DNA of 64,000 bases from Octopus bimaculoides (taxonomy: Eukaryota). A model generated the notes under the pieces. It had not been told where the DNA came from and searched no databases. It saw only the letters and a list, made by a program, of their open reading frames with translations. Location: the NCBI RefSeq assembly GCF_001194135.2, contig NC_068996.1, forward strand, positions 25,324,925 to 25,388,924, in the 5' to 3' direction. A program made the translations under genes and the position numbers. Position 1 is the stretch's first letter. Each line of letters starts with the position of its first letter. Below, in pieces: positions 1 through 13,504 of this stretch.

Positions 1-45
1 GTATACACACAGACACACTATATCTGTATGTGTATATATATACAC

Positions 46-92
<47 letters not shown>

Positions 93-599
93 TATNNNNN
101 NNNNNNNNNNNNNNNNNNNNNNNNNNNNNNNNNNNNNNNNNNNNNNNNNNNNNNNNNNNNNNNNNNNNNNNNNNNNNNNNNNNNNNNNNNNNNNNNNNNN
201 NNNNNNNNNNNNNNNNNNNNNNNNNNNNNNNNNNNNNNNNNNNNNNNNNNNNNNNNNNNNNNNNNNNNNNNNNNNNNNNNNNNNNNNNNNNNNNNNNNNN
301 NNNNNNNNNNNNNNNNNNNNNNNNNNNNNNNNNNNNNNNNNNNNNNNNNNNNNNNNNNNNNNNNNNNNNNNNNNNNNNNNNNNNNNNNNNNNNNNNNNNN
401 NNNNNNNNNNNNNNNNNNNNNNNNNNNNNNNNACATACTAAAGCACATACTCACACTCATTTATAGATATATAGATTGATGTAAGCATTTCTTGTTTGTG
501 ATCAGTCTCATTGTGACATAGTTGGACTGAACCTGTGAAAAAAAAAAAAAGGCACCATGGTGCCAGAGGTAAAAAAAAAGAAGAAACAGCAGAAAACTA

Positions 600-775
600 C
601 TGGTGTTGGTTTGTTTATATTCCCATAACTTAGCAGTACAACAAGATGACTCCGGTAGAATAAACACTGAACTTAAGACAAGTACTGGGGTTAGTGTGAT
701 CAACTAAGCCTTCTAGTCATTGCTCCAGCATGGCCACATTCCAGTGACGGAAACCAGTAAAATAAAAGAATTATG
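600..775 (+). mobile_element. Degenerate 3' part of SINE family B
   Basis: CCCATAACTTAGCAGT ... CAGCATGGCCAC motifs are shared with copies at 25508 and 27048. Confidence 0.55.
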
Positions 776-2671
776 TGTTTATATGTATATGGAGAAGAAA
801 TAGCAAATGGAGAGGATGTCTGTAGTTGAGTCAGTAGAACTTGAAGTCATGATGTAATCAGTAGTTTTATCGGGACATTATGGTGTTAATGTCCACATTA
901 GTTGTCAATCATGCAATATATAATGTAGTGTGTGTGTTGCCAGTATTTAATGTAAGCTAAATTGGGGGGAACCATGTTGCTGACTAGTTTGTATGGTTCC
1001 TGCTTTATAAATCTGTATTCCATATTATTATCTCATTCATTCAAGGCACTCCACATTCTTACCAAAGTTATTAAAGAAATTATTATTAAAACTAAACTTC
1101 AAAATAAATGTATATAACCTTCATCAGAATCTCTGACATTTTATCTTCCAGTGTAGTTAGCGTTTCTGTGATGTGTTTATGCATATATTTAAGCATTATT
1201 CATATTGTATTTCAATGGGTTGTTTTTCATTACTTTTTTAAATACTTTACTTTGGAAAGAAATGACAAAAGACATCAAATATAAATTCACTTGAGTGTTG
1301 TTCTTTCAATTTTTTTTTCTTATCAAATATTTAGAAATTTTAAAATGACTGCTTAAAATACTTAAATTTACAACTTATTTATCACATAACATTTATGTAT
1401 GTATAAAAGATAGATATAAGCTTTATTTAATAGTTTTTGTTTGTTTGAAAGATGGTTGTCTTAAAAGAAAAACTTTGATTAAAATACATTTATTTTTTTT
1501 GCTTTTTATTTAAAGCTTATTTGAAATTTACTTAAGTATGTAACAATACAAATTGTATAAATTTTTTTCTTAAAAAAAAGAAAATTTGAAAAAATAAACT
1601 AGTTTCAAAGTATTTCTTTCTGATAAAAAAAAAAGAAAAGAAAAATGAAACATGATTAGTAATGTTATAATTTATTTATTAAAATAAATTAAGAACCAAT
1701 AGAATTTCATTTTTTAATGTTTTTTTTTCGTTTTTTGTTGTTTTTTTTCCATAAATTTCTTCAAAATAACCAACTGTTGACTGTTTCATTCCATCTGTGG
1801 TGCAACTACTGTTTAAAGATGCTGTGCTCTAATTAATTAGTTCCTAATTATTCTGCTCTGCAAATGCCTGTATTGTTCCTGTCATTATTGAAATGGCTGG
1901 GAAGAATACAAACATGACTCCAGTAAATAAAAAGAATATAATGTTTAGTAATAATGATGGTGTGGGAGGAGGAGAGAGAAAATAGTGATGCTGAAAAGGA
2001 AAATGTGTGTATATGTATTAATGTAAAAAATGGTAAAATTTTGTTCCTGAACCTTTTACATTGCAGACAAATAAACATTTATATTCCTTTCCTATAAAAC
2101 ATTATCTGAATCTTTAGTGTTTTAAAAATATATATATATATGCATCTGTAGAGAAGCAACATTATATTCGCTAGGCTTGTCTCTGTTCATAAATTATCTC
2201 TCACATGATGTCACTTATCTGCTTCACTATTCTAGTTGGTTCTACTGCTATGAAGCTATAGTGGAGCGAGATAGATTTAGAAAAAATCAATATGCCAGCT
2301 GTGGTGGTTGTATAGCTGCAATAATTATTCCAATGGATTGCTCCCTATCAGTAGCTGAAACATCTACTATCGTGGTGGTGGGTGCTATGGTGTTTCTAGC
2401 ACACTTGTCAGCGTATATTCACTAGTTGCATGCAATCAAACAGTTGAAATTGCTTATTTCCAACTGTTGCTCTTAGCGATTTTATTTATCTTATTATAAT
2501 AATTTTAATCAGTGATTGTCATTAGGTGTAGTTTGGTTTGTCTATTAAGCGATAAAAAAAAGGGGGAGAAATTATTCATTTCTATAAAGATTGCGTATTT
2601 CACTCCTGCCCTGTCTTCCCCCCCTTTAGCATCAGTGAGCATGCCCTGTGTGCTAGTCAACTGTTTCTGCC

Positions 2672-2704
2672 ATGGTGGTTACCGAGTGGAGAACTCAGAT
2701 CTAG
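2672..2704 (+). promoter_or_regulatory. Upstream ORF (MVVTEWRTQI*) in the putative 5' leader
   Basis: GCCATGG context at 2669-2675, out of frame with the KLC ATG, and TAG at 2702-2704, 32 nt before ATG 2737. Confidence 0.5.
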
Positions 2705-2736
2705 CAGAGATCCTGAGCACTACACTTCACTTGGCG

Positions 2737-2771
2737 ATGGAAGTTACACAAACAGTAAAATCATATCGAAT
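2737..2771 (+). CDS. Klc: Kinesin light chain, coding exon 1 (MEVTQTVKSYR + AT, phase-2 donor)
   Basis: ATG at 2737 and donor AT|GTAAGT at 2772. It joins in frame to 11022 to give MEVTQTVKSYRIKKIEEIGKM, which matches the N-terminus I recall for squid KLC. A likely acceptor (CCCCTTTAG) ends at 2629, so the whole exon is probably 2630-2771. Confidence 0.85.
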
Positions 2772-3027
2772 GTAAGTTTTAGCTTCAACATGGCTACCAT
2801 TTTAGTTCATTTTTCCATTTATAATAATTACAAAATTAACCTGTTGCTAGGCATTTTTCTAGATATATTTATTCTCTACTTTCTCTTTCCTCTTTGTATT
2901 AGTTTCCTATCACCACTGAATTGACTTATAAAATACTGAGTTATTCTTACACAATGAGAACAATAAATTTAATTTATATTTCCAGCGTGTGTATATATGT
3001 ATATATTTATTTTGTTTTATATTTGTA

Positions 3028-3070
<43 letters not shown>

Positions 3071-3791
3071 GTATTTGTGCAATATAGAGATTTTAATCAT
3101 CAATCTTTTGTGACATTTGTAAAATATTTGAAGAAACCTTCCATATTGGGTTTTATATTGATGATGTACACAGATGAATGTAATTTCATATATCTATTTA
3201 ATTTTTTTTTTTTCTTCATTCAGTCATTGAGGGAAATTACATTGCAGTTTACATATGTATAGATATGTGTTTTGCGCGTGTGTGTCAATTGATAGAAAAT
3301 TGTTTGTTTGATGTACAAATGATGTGGCTATAACACTGCTATATTGTTTGAAACAAATAGACTCAGCTTCTCTGATAATTAAAGAAAAAAAGCAACAATG
3401 TGTAGATGATCTACAGATATTCCTTTATATTAAATTACATGTACTGCCTGATCTTTTCTATATATTTCATAAAAAAAAGGTTGTTTCTATGAATGAAAGC
3501 TTATACATATTGAATTTATAAATGTCATATATTTTAATATCCAATAACATTGGATGTTTAAAATAATAAGCCAGTTTGTTGTGGGGTGGATTTTCCTGGT
3601 TTCTTTGAAAATAGATAAATTTGTTCATGTCTCTCTCTCTCTCTCTCTCCTCTTTTAATAAAATTTATTTCATCATATAAGAATCATTTTATATTCTATT
3701 GAAGGTTTTATATTGCATGTTACTAAGTATTTATTGAGATATATCATCAGTTGACACTTCTGGTTTAGCTTCATTTACTCATCTTATTTGA

Positions 3792-3794
<3 letters not shown>

Positions 3795-3882
<88 letters not shown>
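3795..3882. repeat. (CT)n microsatellite
   Basis: Pure CT run. Confidence 0.95.
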
Positions 3883-3886
<4 letters not shown>

Positions 3887-6800
3887 AAAATATCACTGTA
3901 CTCTAGAGAAGCCATGTTGGATTTATTTTTAGGGTAATATAGCAGTTATTTTGTTTCACATTCACTGAACATACATTTCATACCTAGGATATTACAATTA
4001 ATTTTGTGGTCACTAGATTTAGTTTGTTGCTTCAGTTGACACATATACCCACTGACTGACACTCACATACATACACACAAATATACATATGAAGAAGGGA
4101 GAAAAATATTTCACTAAGCTACTGCCAACTGCATTGTAATCTTTATTCTTTTAATGATTAATTCCCATGATTACAAAAAAATAAAAATAATAATTTATCT
4201 TTGTCAGATTATATATATGTACTCTCATTTTTCCAATTATAAAAACATAACAATCTGTGCCTTAATCACTCATAAGGTCACAATGCTATTTTATACTTCA
4301 AAATGTTTTTTCCAGTTAAAACTACCATAAATTTTTTTTCAATTTCAAAATATCAGTTGTACTCTCATTTAATGAAAATAATAAGATTTTACTTTATATT
4401 TCTATGCAGATAGTATACCCAAATTTCTGATTTCAATGTTCTAGCTGTTAAATTTTCCATAATTCAAGTGAAATATAAACATGGCTGCCAATAAATAAGA
4501 TTCTCTCTGTTTCTCTTACTAGATTTACTATTGTATATAATAGGCTTATGGTTTCATTTGCTACTCAGGATTATTTCAAATTTTTTTTTTTTTTTTTGCT
4601 TTCAATCTCTTTTCCACTCATCTGATTTCATTTATTTATTTTTTTCATTAGTACCTGCTAATAGTACCTTGATTGATTCATCTAACAATTGCTCTCTTCT
4701 ATTAGCCTATTCAATTTTTTCTTTTTCTTTTTATCATTTACTTCAATTAATTGAATCTTTAGGTTTCTTTATTTCTTGTATGCATTCATATGTGGGTCGG
4801 GAGGTTTGCTTGCCAGCATCTTAATAAATTAGATATTAACGAAGTGAAAGTGAATGACTGTATAAATGTGTATGGACAATTTCTTTCATTGATTTCTTGT
4901 GGGATGTTGCTTTACCCAGTTTCAAACAGATCTTTATCAATACACTATTCTATTCACAAAAACCCACTGTCGTAAATGTATAGAATCCCTATAGAAAATT
5001 CTTTTAAATGCTATTTACAATTTAGCTGTTTAAGTTATCTTGTAACATTTCTAGAGAAATGAAGACCTTAGTTTCCTTGTCACACAAATATTAAATGCTT
5101 CCCTTTCTCTGGACTTGTGTATGATGGTATGAAGCATAATCAATTTTTAAGTGAAGCCATTGGTTATATTTTAGTTGTTTGCTTTTCATCTTCTTTCTGG
5201 TCATTTCACAATCTCTTCTTTGTAGTTTACCAATGTTTCGGACAAGGTCATCAATATTCAAAATGGCAACTAGCTCTTGTTGTTATTATTATTATTACTG
5301 TTAGGATAATTGAGCTAAATTGATGTCAACGTTGAATAGTCAGATAAAATGATTTAAAGTATTAAGTTTGGTGTCCCATTAAGACTGTCATTACTTTTTA
5401 TTTTATTTTTTAACATCTAGTTAAAAATTTTTCAAGAGGTAAGATATATGTTAGTATTTGTATTAAATGAGTTATTGACTGTGCAGCTTTAAGAATTCCC
5501 TATTTTCATTTACAAAACCATCTTGTTAAAGCTCTCTGCATTATATCCTCTCACGTATTAATTAGTATGTTTATTAATGACTGTTTATTAATATGATGCG
5601 AGATTGTCCTGTCAGTTGCCAATTTATTCAAAAGTTTGCTTTGTAGCCTCTGTTATCAAATAGTTGCTTGCTTGTAGCAAGTGTTATTATTCTGTTTGAC
5701 ATTTATTGAGACTGAAGCAATTATTGCTACTCAGTGCAGCTAGTGCTATTGACTAGTCTCAGGGGCGATGTTTCTATGCAAAATGTACTTTTACTTTTAC
5801 TTTCATTTAGGCTGTAATGGTAAACATCAATTCTACATTGACTTACATGTGGTATACTGAATGTCTGTGTCTATAATTTTAAGGATGAAGTTAGTAGAAA
5901 TGTTTGATATATAGTCAGTCTGTCACAACAGAATATTCTTAGTTCTATGAATTTTTAATCAAGTTGTTTTTAGTTGATATGCTGATGTACACCTGTTTGG
6001 CTTTTATTGACCTAGGTGCATAGTTTAGTCACACGATTGTCAAGTAGATCTGAAGTATTAAGAACCTGTTCTCTGTAGAGATAGTTCTTCTTTTGTGTAT
6101 GTGTGTGTTATGTCTTATACTGGCAGAATAATGAACTGTAAATCTTTTTCTAATTTTATTTTTTTCTAATCATGTGACTAAGTAACTGATTATAATTATT
6201 TCTGTTTCCTTGATTCCTAGGCATGATTATTGACTCATTGTTTTAGTAACACACAATCACAAATTATTAAAGGGTATATACATCAGTGGTTTTATAAATT
6301 CATAATGTACCAGTAAGTATTGCTAGCTTTTTTTTTTAAAGTTATCAAGGAAATGAGCATGGTTCACTAATTAAATTAATAGAAATAAGACTGTTATATT
6401 AGTGTTTAAATTGTATAAGAGTGAGAAGACTGGAATTTTTAATTTGTATATTACAATTTTTTTACATTTTTGTATTATGATTTTTACACGATAGGCTTCA
6501 GTTGCTAAGTTTTTTAAGTTACTAAAATTACTAAGAATACATTATTTAAATTGATTGTTTTAAATTGTGCATGTGTGTGCCTGTGCATACATATATTATG
6601 CATTGTTAACAATTGTTACTTTTAATCGATACTCTATTATCAATCATATCAAAATAAGATAATGAAACTGTCAATCATAAAAAATCATGGCATTTTAAGT
6701 CTGGGCCAGGTCGTATTACCCATAATTTATATTTTAAGGTCCATAAAATCAATACCAGTACAACACTTGGGTAAAATCAGTCAGCAAAAATTACAAGTCA

Positions 6801-9800
6801 AAAGGAACAAGTGTCTCTATCAGAAAAAAAAAAAACAATAAAATTCTTAAACAATAAGAATTTTGTGTTTTACAGTGCTTTGCAAACATCCTGTAAAGAT
6901 CATTCTGTCCCTAGAGTTGCGAAGAATGACTCATCTTTTATGTCCGGGTTTGGGTAGTGTTTGAATAATGTAACAGCCAAACCATCATTGAGCAGTGATA
7001 TAATGTTGGAGTCTAGCATTACAACAAATACTGAAATTAATTTTTCATGTCTCTTTCCTTCTGATGATAAACTAGTTATCTTCATTAATAAGTAGTTTTT
7101 ATTGATTCCTAACATGCATACAAAAAATTGTAAATAATGCTGTAAAGAAGTTAATTCATTTATTAAATAAAATCTGAAATTTCATGCTGTTTGACGTTAA
7201 CTATTAACAGCTCATTAGCAGAAATCCAATGTATATTTTCTTGCTCATTGTATGTGTTTCATACTATTTTCATGTCTAGTTTTGTTTTTAATATGATTGC
7301 AGTATCCTTTCTTATAAATTTTACAACTCTTGAAATTCTTTATAAGATCACAAGCTTAATATTTTTAATGGATTCAGATATTCAACAAAGTTTTCTTAAA
7401 AAATGAAATAAAAAATATTAGCTCAGATTATCATCAGTGGTCATCATTCCCAGTTTTGTTATTGGAATAATTAGCCTCAATTTGCTTACTCTTTCTGACA
7501 GTTCCAATTAAGGATATTTTAAATTGAACTTTGTTTTATAAATACAAGAAATGTGGTTAAAACAAATCATACCGCCCCCTGACAAAGTATTCTCTATATT
7601 CTGGCAAAGCAAAGGAACTGTTTTTACTCTGGGACCTGACTGCATTTCAAGCAAGGCCTGGGAATAACTAATAGGCATTGTAGTAAGGAATTCTGTTGAA
7701 TTGAAGCCAGACCATGTCTTCAGCATTTTAAGTGTTAATAATAAGAAACTTATGTTCAAGAAATTGTCCTAGTAAACCTAATAGTGAAAAATCTTTAGAA
7801 AGATAATTTAAAATTTTGTTTATAATGGAAACATGTCAGTGATAGTTTGTACAGTTTATTGCTTTTTTTTTTTATAAAAAAGATTTAAGCAATTTGTTAT
7901 TTGCATAGTTTAGATACCAATCCTTTACATTATTATCAATATGTAAATCTTTCCTTTCTGTAATTAAATTCATCACATTGCCTTCTTTTGAAAAGATGCT
8001 CTATGTAGAGAATGTTTCTTCCTCACAGTTCTTGTATAGTGACAAGCTTTTACTATTTGTTCTCAACACAGTTTCACCAGTTTATTATTTTCCTTCATCC
8101 ATCCCCTCCTATCCTTGCTGATGTTTCGTTCCATCAGTTACTGCATGTGCATGCATGCTTAATGAGAATATATGTGTATATATATATATATTTGTATGTG
8201 CAAGCATGTACGTATCTATGTGTGTAGTTGGTTCTTAATAGTTATTAAATCTTTTTTACATTGTTATTTGCTATTTCAGTAAAAAATGTAGCAGTCAAAT
8301 AATACAGTTAAATATAATGGCTATCTTACATAAATGTATTTTCAGTATAGTAGTTAGTTACCTAGCCATAAAGCTACATCAGCTGACAAAAAAAGTGACA
8401 GATTGGTGAGGTTTTAAAAAAATTCTTCATTTGAAACACCTTTTTGTTTTCTCCATCCTCTGTACTCATTTCAGTAATACAAAACAGTTTTTAATTGGTA
8501 TTTATATTTTAATAAAATCCATTATTCTATGGAAAGCAGTCTCCTCATTATTGTTACCTAGTAACCATTGGTAATAATAGAAAAGAGAAAATCAATAAAG
8601 TAATTCTGAATAGTCTCCAACATATAGGTTATAAATGTTGATTAGATTGATGTATTAGAATATTTTAGAATCTGGTTGTGAAGTAAATATCCTCGTTTTG
8701 GTTTAGTAGCGGGAGAGATGAGGTCTGGTGGGGTGGAAATGGGATGGAGAAATGGTGGTGGTGGACAGGGGAAATTTTGGCAGGCAGACAAATTTTAATG
8801 AGATTTCTCTTGAATGTATAATGAAATAATAGAATACTTTGCATAGTAGAAAATATTTACCATTGCTCCACGGTATGATTGTGAATTTAATTAGTTTTGT
8901 TGTTATAATAATCAGCATTATTAATGTAAAGATGACTAACGAAGGTAGGGATGATAAATAAGGATGACTAAGGAAGTAGAAAACTCTTAATGGATTGTTT
9001 ACAGTATCACGCTGCTCTTAGTTCAATTAATACCTGGGTTGACTGTCATTATGGGGGTCAATAAAATAAGCAATAGGTGTGTATGTGTGTGCGTAAGTAT
9101 GCAGTCTGCACAAAAGATTTGGGTGTGGATTTGTAATACTGGTTTATGAGTACACATACACACGCATAACTTATCTATTTATTTATATGGTTTTTCATTT
9201 GACTATATAACCCTTGGGAAATATTTTCCTTCTCCCAATTTATATATATAGAAACCATATCTTTATTTTAAGAAATGAGATTTTTTTTCTGTCTTTCTGG
9301 TAGGAACCTTGACTTCTGGATAGCTAAAGAAATCTGAATTGCTTTAAGAAAACAATTTTTGTATACTGTAATCTCTCTCCCCACTTCTTCTCCATTTCCA
9401 TCTCTCTCTTTCCTTCTCTCCCCCCTCTCTCACACACATACAAATATATCTAGATTATGGTTAATCGATATTAGGACCACTTGCAGTTGAGTCATTCTCA
9501 AAAACAATGTATGTGTATAGGAGGNNNNNNNNNNNNNNNNNNNNNNNNNNNNNNNNNNNNNNNNNNNNNNNNNNNNNNNNNNNNNNNNNNNNNNNNNNNN
9601 NNNNNNNNNNNNNNNNNNNNNNNNNNNNNNNNNNNNNNNNNNNNNNNNNNNNNNNNNNNNNNNNNNNNNNNNNNNNNNNNNNNNNNNNNNNNNNNNNNNN
9701 NNNNNNNNNNNNNNNNNNNNNNNNNNNNNNNNNNNNNNNNNNNNNNNNNNNNNNNNNNNNNNNNNNNNNNNNNNNNNNNNNNNNNNNNNNNNNNNNNNNN

Positions 9801-9972
9801 NNNNNNNNNNNNNNNNNNNNNNNNNNNNNNNNNNNNNNNNNNNNNNNNNNNNNNNNNATATATTAAATAACAATAAAGCTGATATTTTGATATTCATTCT
9901 ATATTCCATATTAGTTATTCTATATTCATTATTAGTTAATACCAGTAGATTTGTTTTTATAAATTGTTTTCC

Positions 9973-10198
9973 TTAACCCTTTAGCATTCAGATTACTCTG
10001 TGAAATATAATGTTTATTTATTCACATTGTTTTGAATTAATCATGCATTATCTTGTAGCTTTGAGGTTTTGATGATGTGATTGTATATTTTTAGAATGAC
10101 ATTGTAGGGTAGGTGTAAGAGGCCAGATGTTGATAGTTTGAACGTAAAGCAATAGAATATTTGAGTTGGATGTGGCAGTTTAAATGTTAATGGGTTAA
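9973..10198. mobile_element. TTAA-flanked MITE (piggyBac-like termini)
   Basis: Starts TTAACCCTTTAGCATT and ends AATGTTAATGGGTTAA; the internal sequence is shared with copies at 28472 and 32575. Confidence 0.75.
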
Positions 10199-10526
10199 TG
10201 TATGAAGTTCTTATATTTTACAGTCATACACTGCGCTGCTATTTACTACTACTGAATCATATCCTTGTTGTTTATTCAAGCTTCTTTGATTTGTGACATT
10301 AAGTGTGTGTGTGTTTATAATTTGGCAGAGCTTATCTACTCTGAGTTTCGCTTGTAGGCGCACAGGGTCTTAGGCAAGTTACGACTTGCCTGAAGACCCA
10401 TACACACCCAGGCAAAATTCAGAATAGCAAGAGACTGACTTGACCAAAATAAAAAAAATATTATCGATCTTTACTATGATATCAAGTGCTTTTTTTTTTC
10501 TGTCAGTGAACACTAAATGGATGGAG

Positions 10527-10745
10527 GTGTGTGTGTGTGTGCATACATACATGTGTGTGTATGTGTACATGCATGTATGTGTGAGTGAGTGTACATGCAT
10601 GTGAGTGAGTGTAGATGCATGCATGTGTGAGTGTGCATGCATGCATGTGTGAGTACATGTGTGTGTGTATATGCATGTGTGTGTGTATATGCATGTGTGT
10701 GAGTGTATGTGTGTGTGTGTGTGTGTGTACATGTGTGTGTGTGTT
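10527..10745. repeat. Compound (TG)/(TGCA)/(TGAG) microsatellite upstream of exon 2
   Basis: Visible directly; it is the source of several spurious T/H-rich ORFs. Confidence 0.95.
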
Positions 10746-11021
10746 AGCAATGTTTCTATGGTTTTTCTCTTAGAATCAGATGATTACTTTATAATACTAC
10801 ATTATCAGACTATCTCTTACTCTTTCAAACTGCTTGATAATTTATTTCTAAACTTTTTTTCCAGTCTTCCTGATCTATAATTTTTGTCCCTTTTATAATA
10901 ATTAATCTTAATAGATTACTATTCCAATGTAGAACATTCTAAACTTTTAGTTCTTCTTACATATTCTTATTATTATTCTAATATTATATATATTTTTTTT
11001 TTTGTTCTTGCTATTTTGCAG

Positions 11022-11265
11022 AAAGAAAATTGAAGAGATTGGCAAGATGACTGCCTTATCTCAGGAGGATATTATCTCCAACACCAGGACAGTTATTCAG
11101 GGATTAGAAACTCTGAAAAATGAACATAATCAAATACTCTATAGTCTCCTAAATTCTATGAAGACCATCAAGAAGGAGAATGGGGACACAAACTTAGTGG
11201 AAGAGAAAACAAATATTCTCAAGAAATCTGTAGATTCTATTGAACTGGGGCTTGGAGAAGCTCAG
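11022..11265 (+). CDS. Klc: KLC exon 2 (KKIEEIGKMTALSQEDIISNTRTV...LGLGEAQ), start of heptad region; internal ATG at 11047
   Basis: Acceptor TTTTGCAG ends at 11021 and donor CAG|GTACGA starts at 11266. The translation is typical KLC N-terminus (ORF track 11002-11346). Confidence 0.97.
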
Positions 11266-13345
11266 GTACGACCACTTTTTTGTTTCATATTTCTTTCCTT
11301 TCCTATACAAAGATTTTTTTTTTCTGTTTTGATTTTTTTTTTATAAAATCAAGCTCATGCTTTATATTTCATTGTATTTAGTTTTAAGATTATGATATTG
11401 AATTTCTCTTTTGAAGTATGCTGAATGTTTATTTTATTACAGCCATTTTATATCTGTTATTGAGTAGATAAAAAAGGAAAAAAATCATCTATTTCACTTC
11501 TGCACCAGTATCCCTGTGTCTTGTAGGTCTTTATTTATGATGGTCTTTTAACTTGTATTTTTAGAACAAGCCACTTAAACTGTTGTTACAGTGTCATGTA
11601 GAATTAAGAAATCTTATTTGAGCATAATCTCCCAAATTATCTGTTTTAATATTGCTGGCTTATGGATTAGATTTATCTTTTTAAAAAATTTTCCAAATTA
11701 TGTTTTATTATACAAAGATGTTTAACTATTAAGGAAAAAATATTTTGATTTTTATCATTAAACCCTAATGTCTTTTCATTTTTTTTTCATTTTCTTTTTA
11801 CTTTTTCCCTCCCATTGAGGACTTACTTTTGGAAGCAATGTCAGTGGTTTTCAGGTTCTTAGGAATAATTCTTCAGTGATTCAAGAGAAACGGGATTTCA
11901 CAAGTGTTCTTATTAATCTTCAGTACATAAATGTTTTTCTCCTATATTTGTTGAAATTATATATTCAAGGTTATTAATACTTTCAAGGTATCAATCAACC
12001 TGAAGCTATGGTTGAAGGCACTTGCTTAGTGAGATTGAACCTGGAAACCTGGTTGTGAAGTGAACTTTTTATCAAAAGTAATTAACATGAATATAGGCAA
12101 AGCTGTATGATTATTTGCAATAGAGAAGTTGTCTGGCTCTGTGTAGCTGACATTTGTTTAACAATCATGATTGTGATGCCAGGATCAAATCCTGCTAAAA
12201 GGAAAATTCATCAAGTATTTTCTTCTGTATCCTCAGGTTGACCTAAATTGTTCGAGGGAGATTGGGTAGACTTAATATATTTGCCAGTTTTAAACACAAA
12301 AAACTGACCCTTTTATGTCTTTAGCAGAGTTCTCTTACCTGTAAGCATTTGGGCTAGCTCTGAAAATAGATGCACTGCTTTCTACTCACCTTTGATTAAC
12401 CCATTAAAAAAAAAATACATGTTGAGATATTGCCACACACTGCTGTGAGTAGTCATTCTAGGTGTTATTTTCTAGGTACTCTTGTGGGGATATCTTTTGA
12501 CAAAAGAATGAAGTCATTCATAGTTTAGCTCTATGTCAGCTTTGATAGAACTGAAAGATCTCTTATTAAAAGGCAGCTGTTACTTAGCCTATCTAGAACT
12601 AGTGTCCAACATGTCCTTATATTTTTAAGGTTAAAAATTTGGAGGATATTTTGCTGCATCTAAGAAGATTTCATTGTTGGGTTGTTCATAATTCAGTTTC
12701 AAAACTTTTAGTACATCTGGTCTTATGTACTATTGAGACACATTGTTTATTGCTCCTTACCTAATTAGAAAATATGTACCAACTCTGTTTAGTGGGAAGG
12801 TTAGTTTCAAAAGTGGTAATTGCTATAAGATAATTTGAGCCCATAGTATTTTAGATATAAATTTGTTTTTTTTTCTAAATGTTGCTTGATATTTATGTAA
12901 ACGATACATACTGAATATGAAGATGATGTGAGCTAACAGCTATGGTAGTTTGACATGAATAGTCAGACTCAAGACATTTGATACTCACTGTTCAGATGTT
13001 GTACTGATGCTGTTTTGCTGAATTGTTAAACTTAGGTCAGTACCTCCTGTTTGCTGAATAATGAGTGTTTCACAAATAATCCTTCCTTATATCTAAGAAA
13101 AACCATTATTTTAATCAAACAACAGCTAATTTGGCTCACTGGTTTACAATTCATAATTTCTTATATTATTCCATCATCATGTGTCCCATTTTAAATATTT
13201 GCATGGATTAGTACTCTTATGCTAAATTTTTATGGAAACTACTAAGATTGGTGTGAACTTTATATGATGAAATCATTATACTGGATGTTGGTACATAATC
13301 AAACATGTTCCTGCTCACTGACATATTCTAAACCCGACAAAGAAT

Positions 13346-13504
13346 TTTTTGGAGTGGTTGGCGTTAGGAAGGGCATCCAGCTGTAGAAACTCTGCCAAAT
13401 CAGATTGGAGCCTGGTGTAGCCATCTGGTTTCACCAGTCCTCAGTCAAATCGTCCAACCCATGCTAGCATGGAAAGTGGACGTTAAACGATGATGATGAT
13501 GATG
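13346..13504 (+). mobile_element. 3' end of RTE-type LINE (or SINE sharing that tail) with (GAT)n tail
   Basis: Reverse complement of 33573-33730, which is contiguous with RTE reverse-transcriptase coding sequence; ends GATGATGATGATG. Confidence 0.8.

Noticed and set aside
28-479. Long ORFs in the track that span N-runs or microsatellites (also 9430-9909, 10379-10880, 14657-15056, 46462-47179, 51701-52855, 54483-54988)
   Set aside because: They are open only because of X runs or TA/TG/CT repeats.
2177-2425. 82-aa ORF upstream of exon 1
   Set aside because: Non-ATG start, no recognizable domain and no splice link to KLC; the region may be leader or promoter, but I cannot support that.
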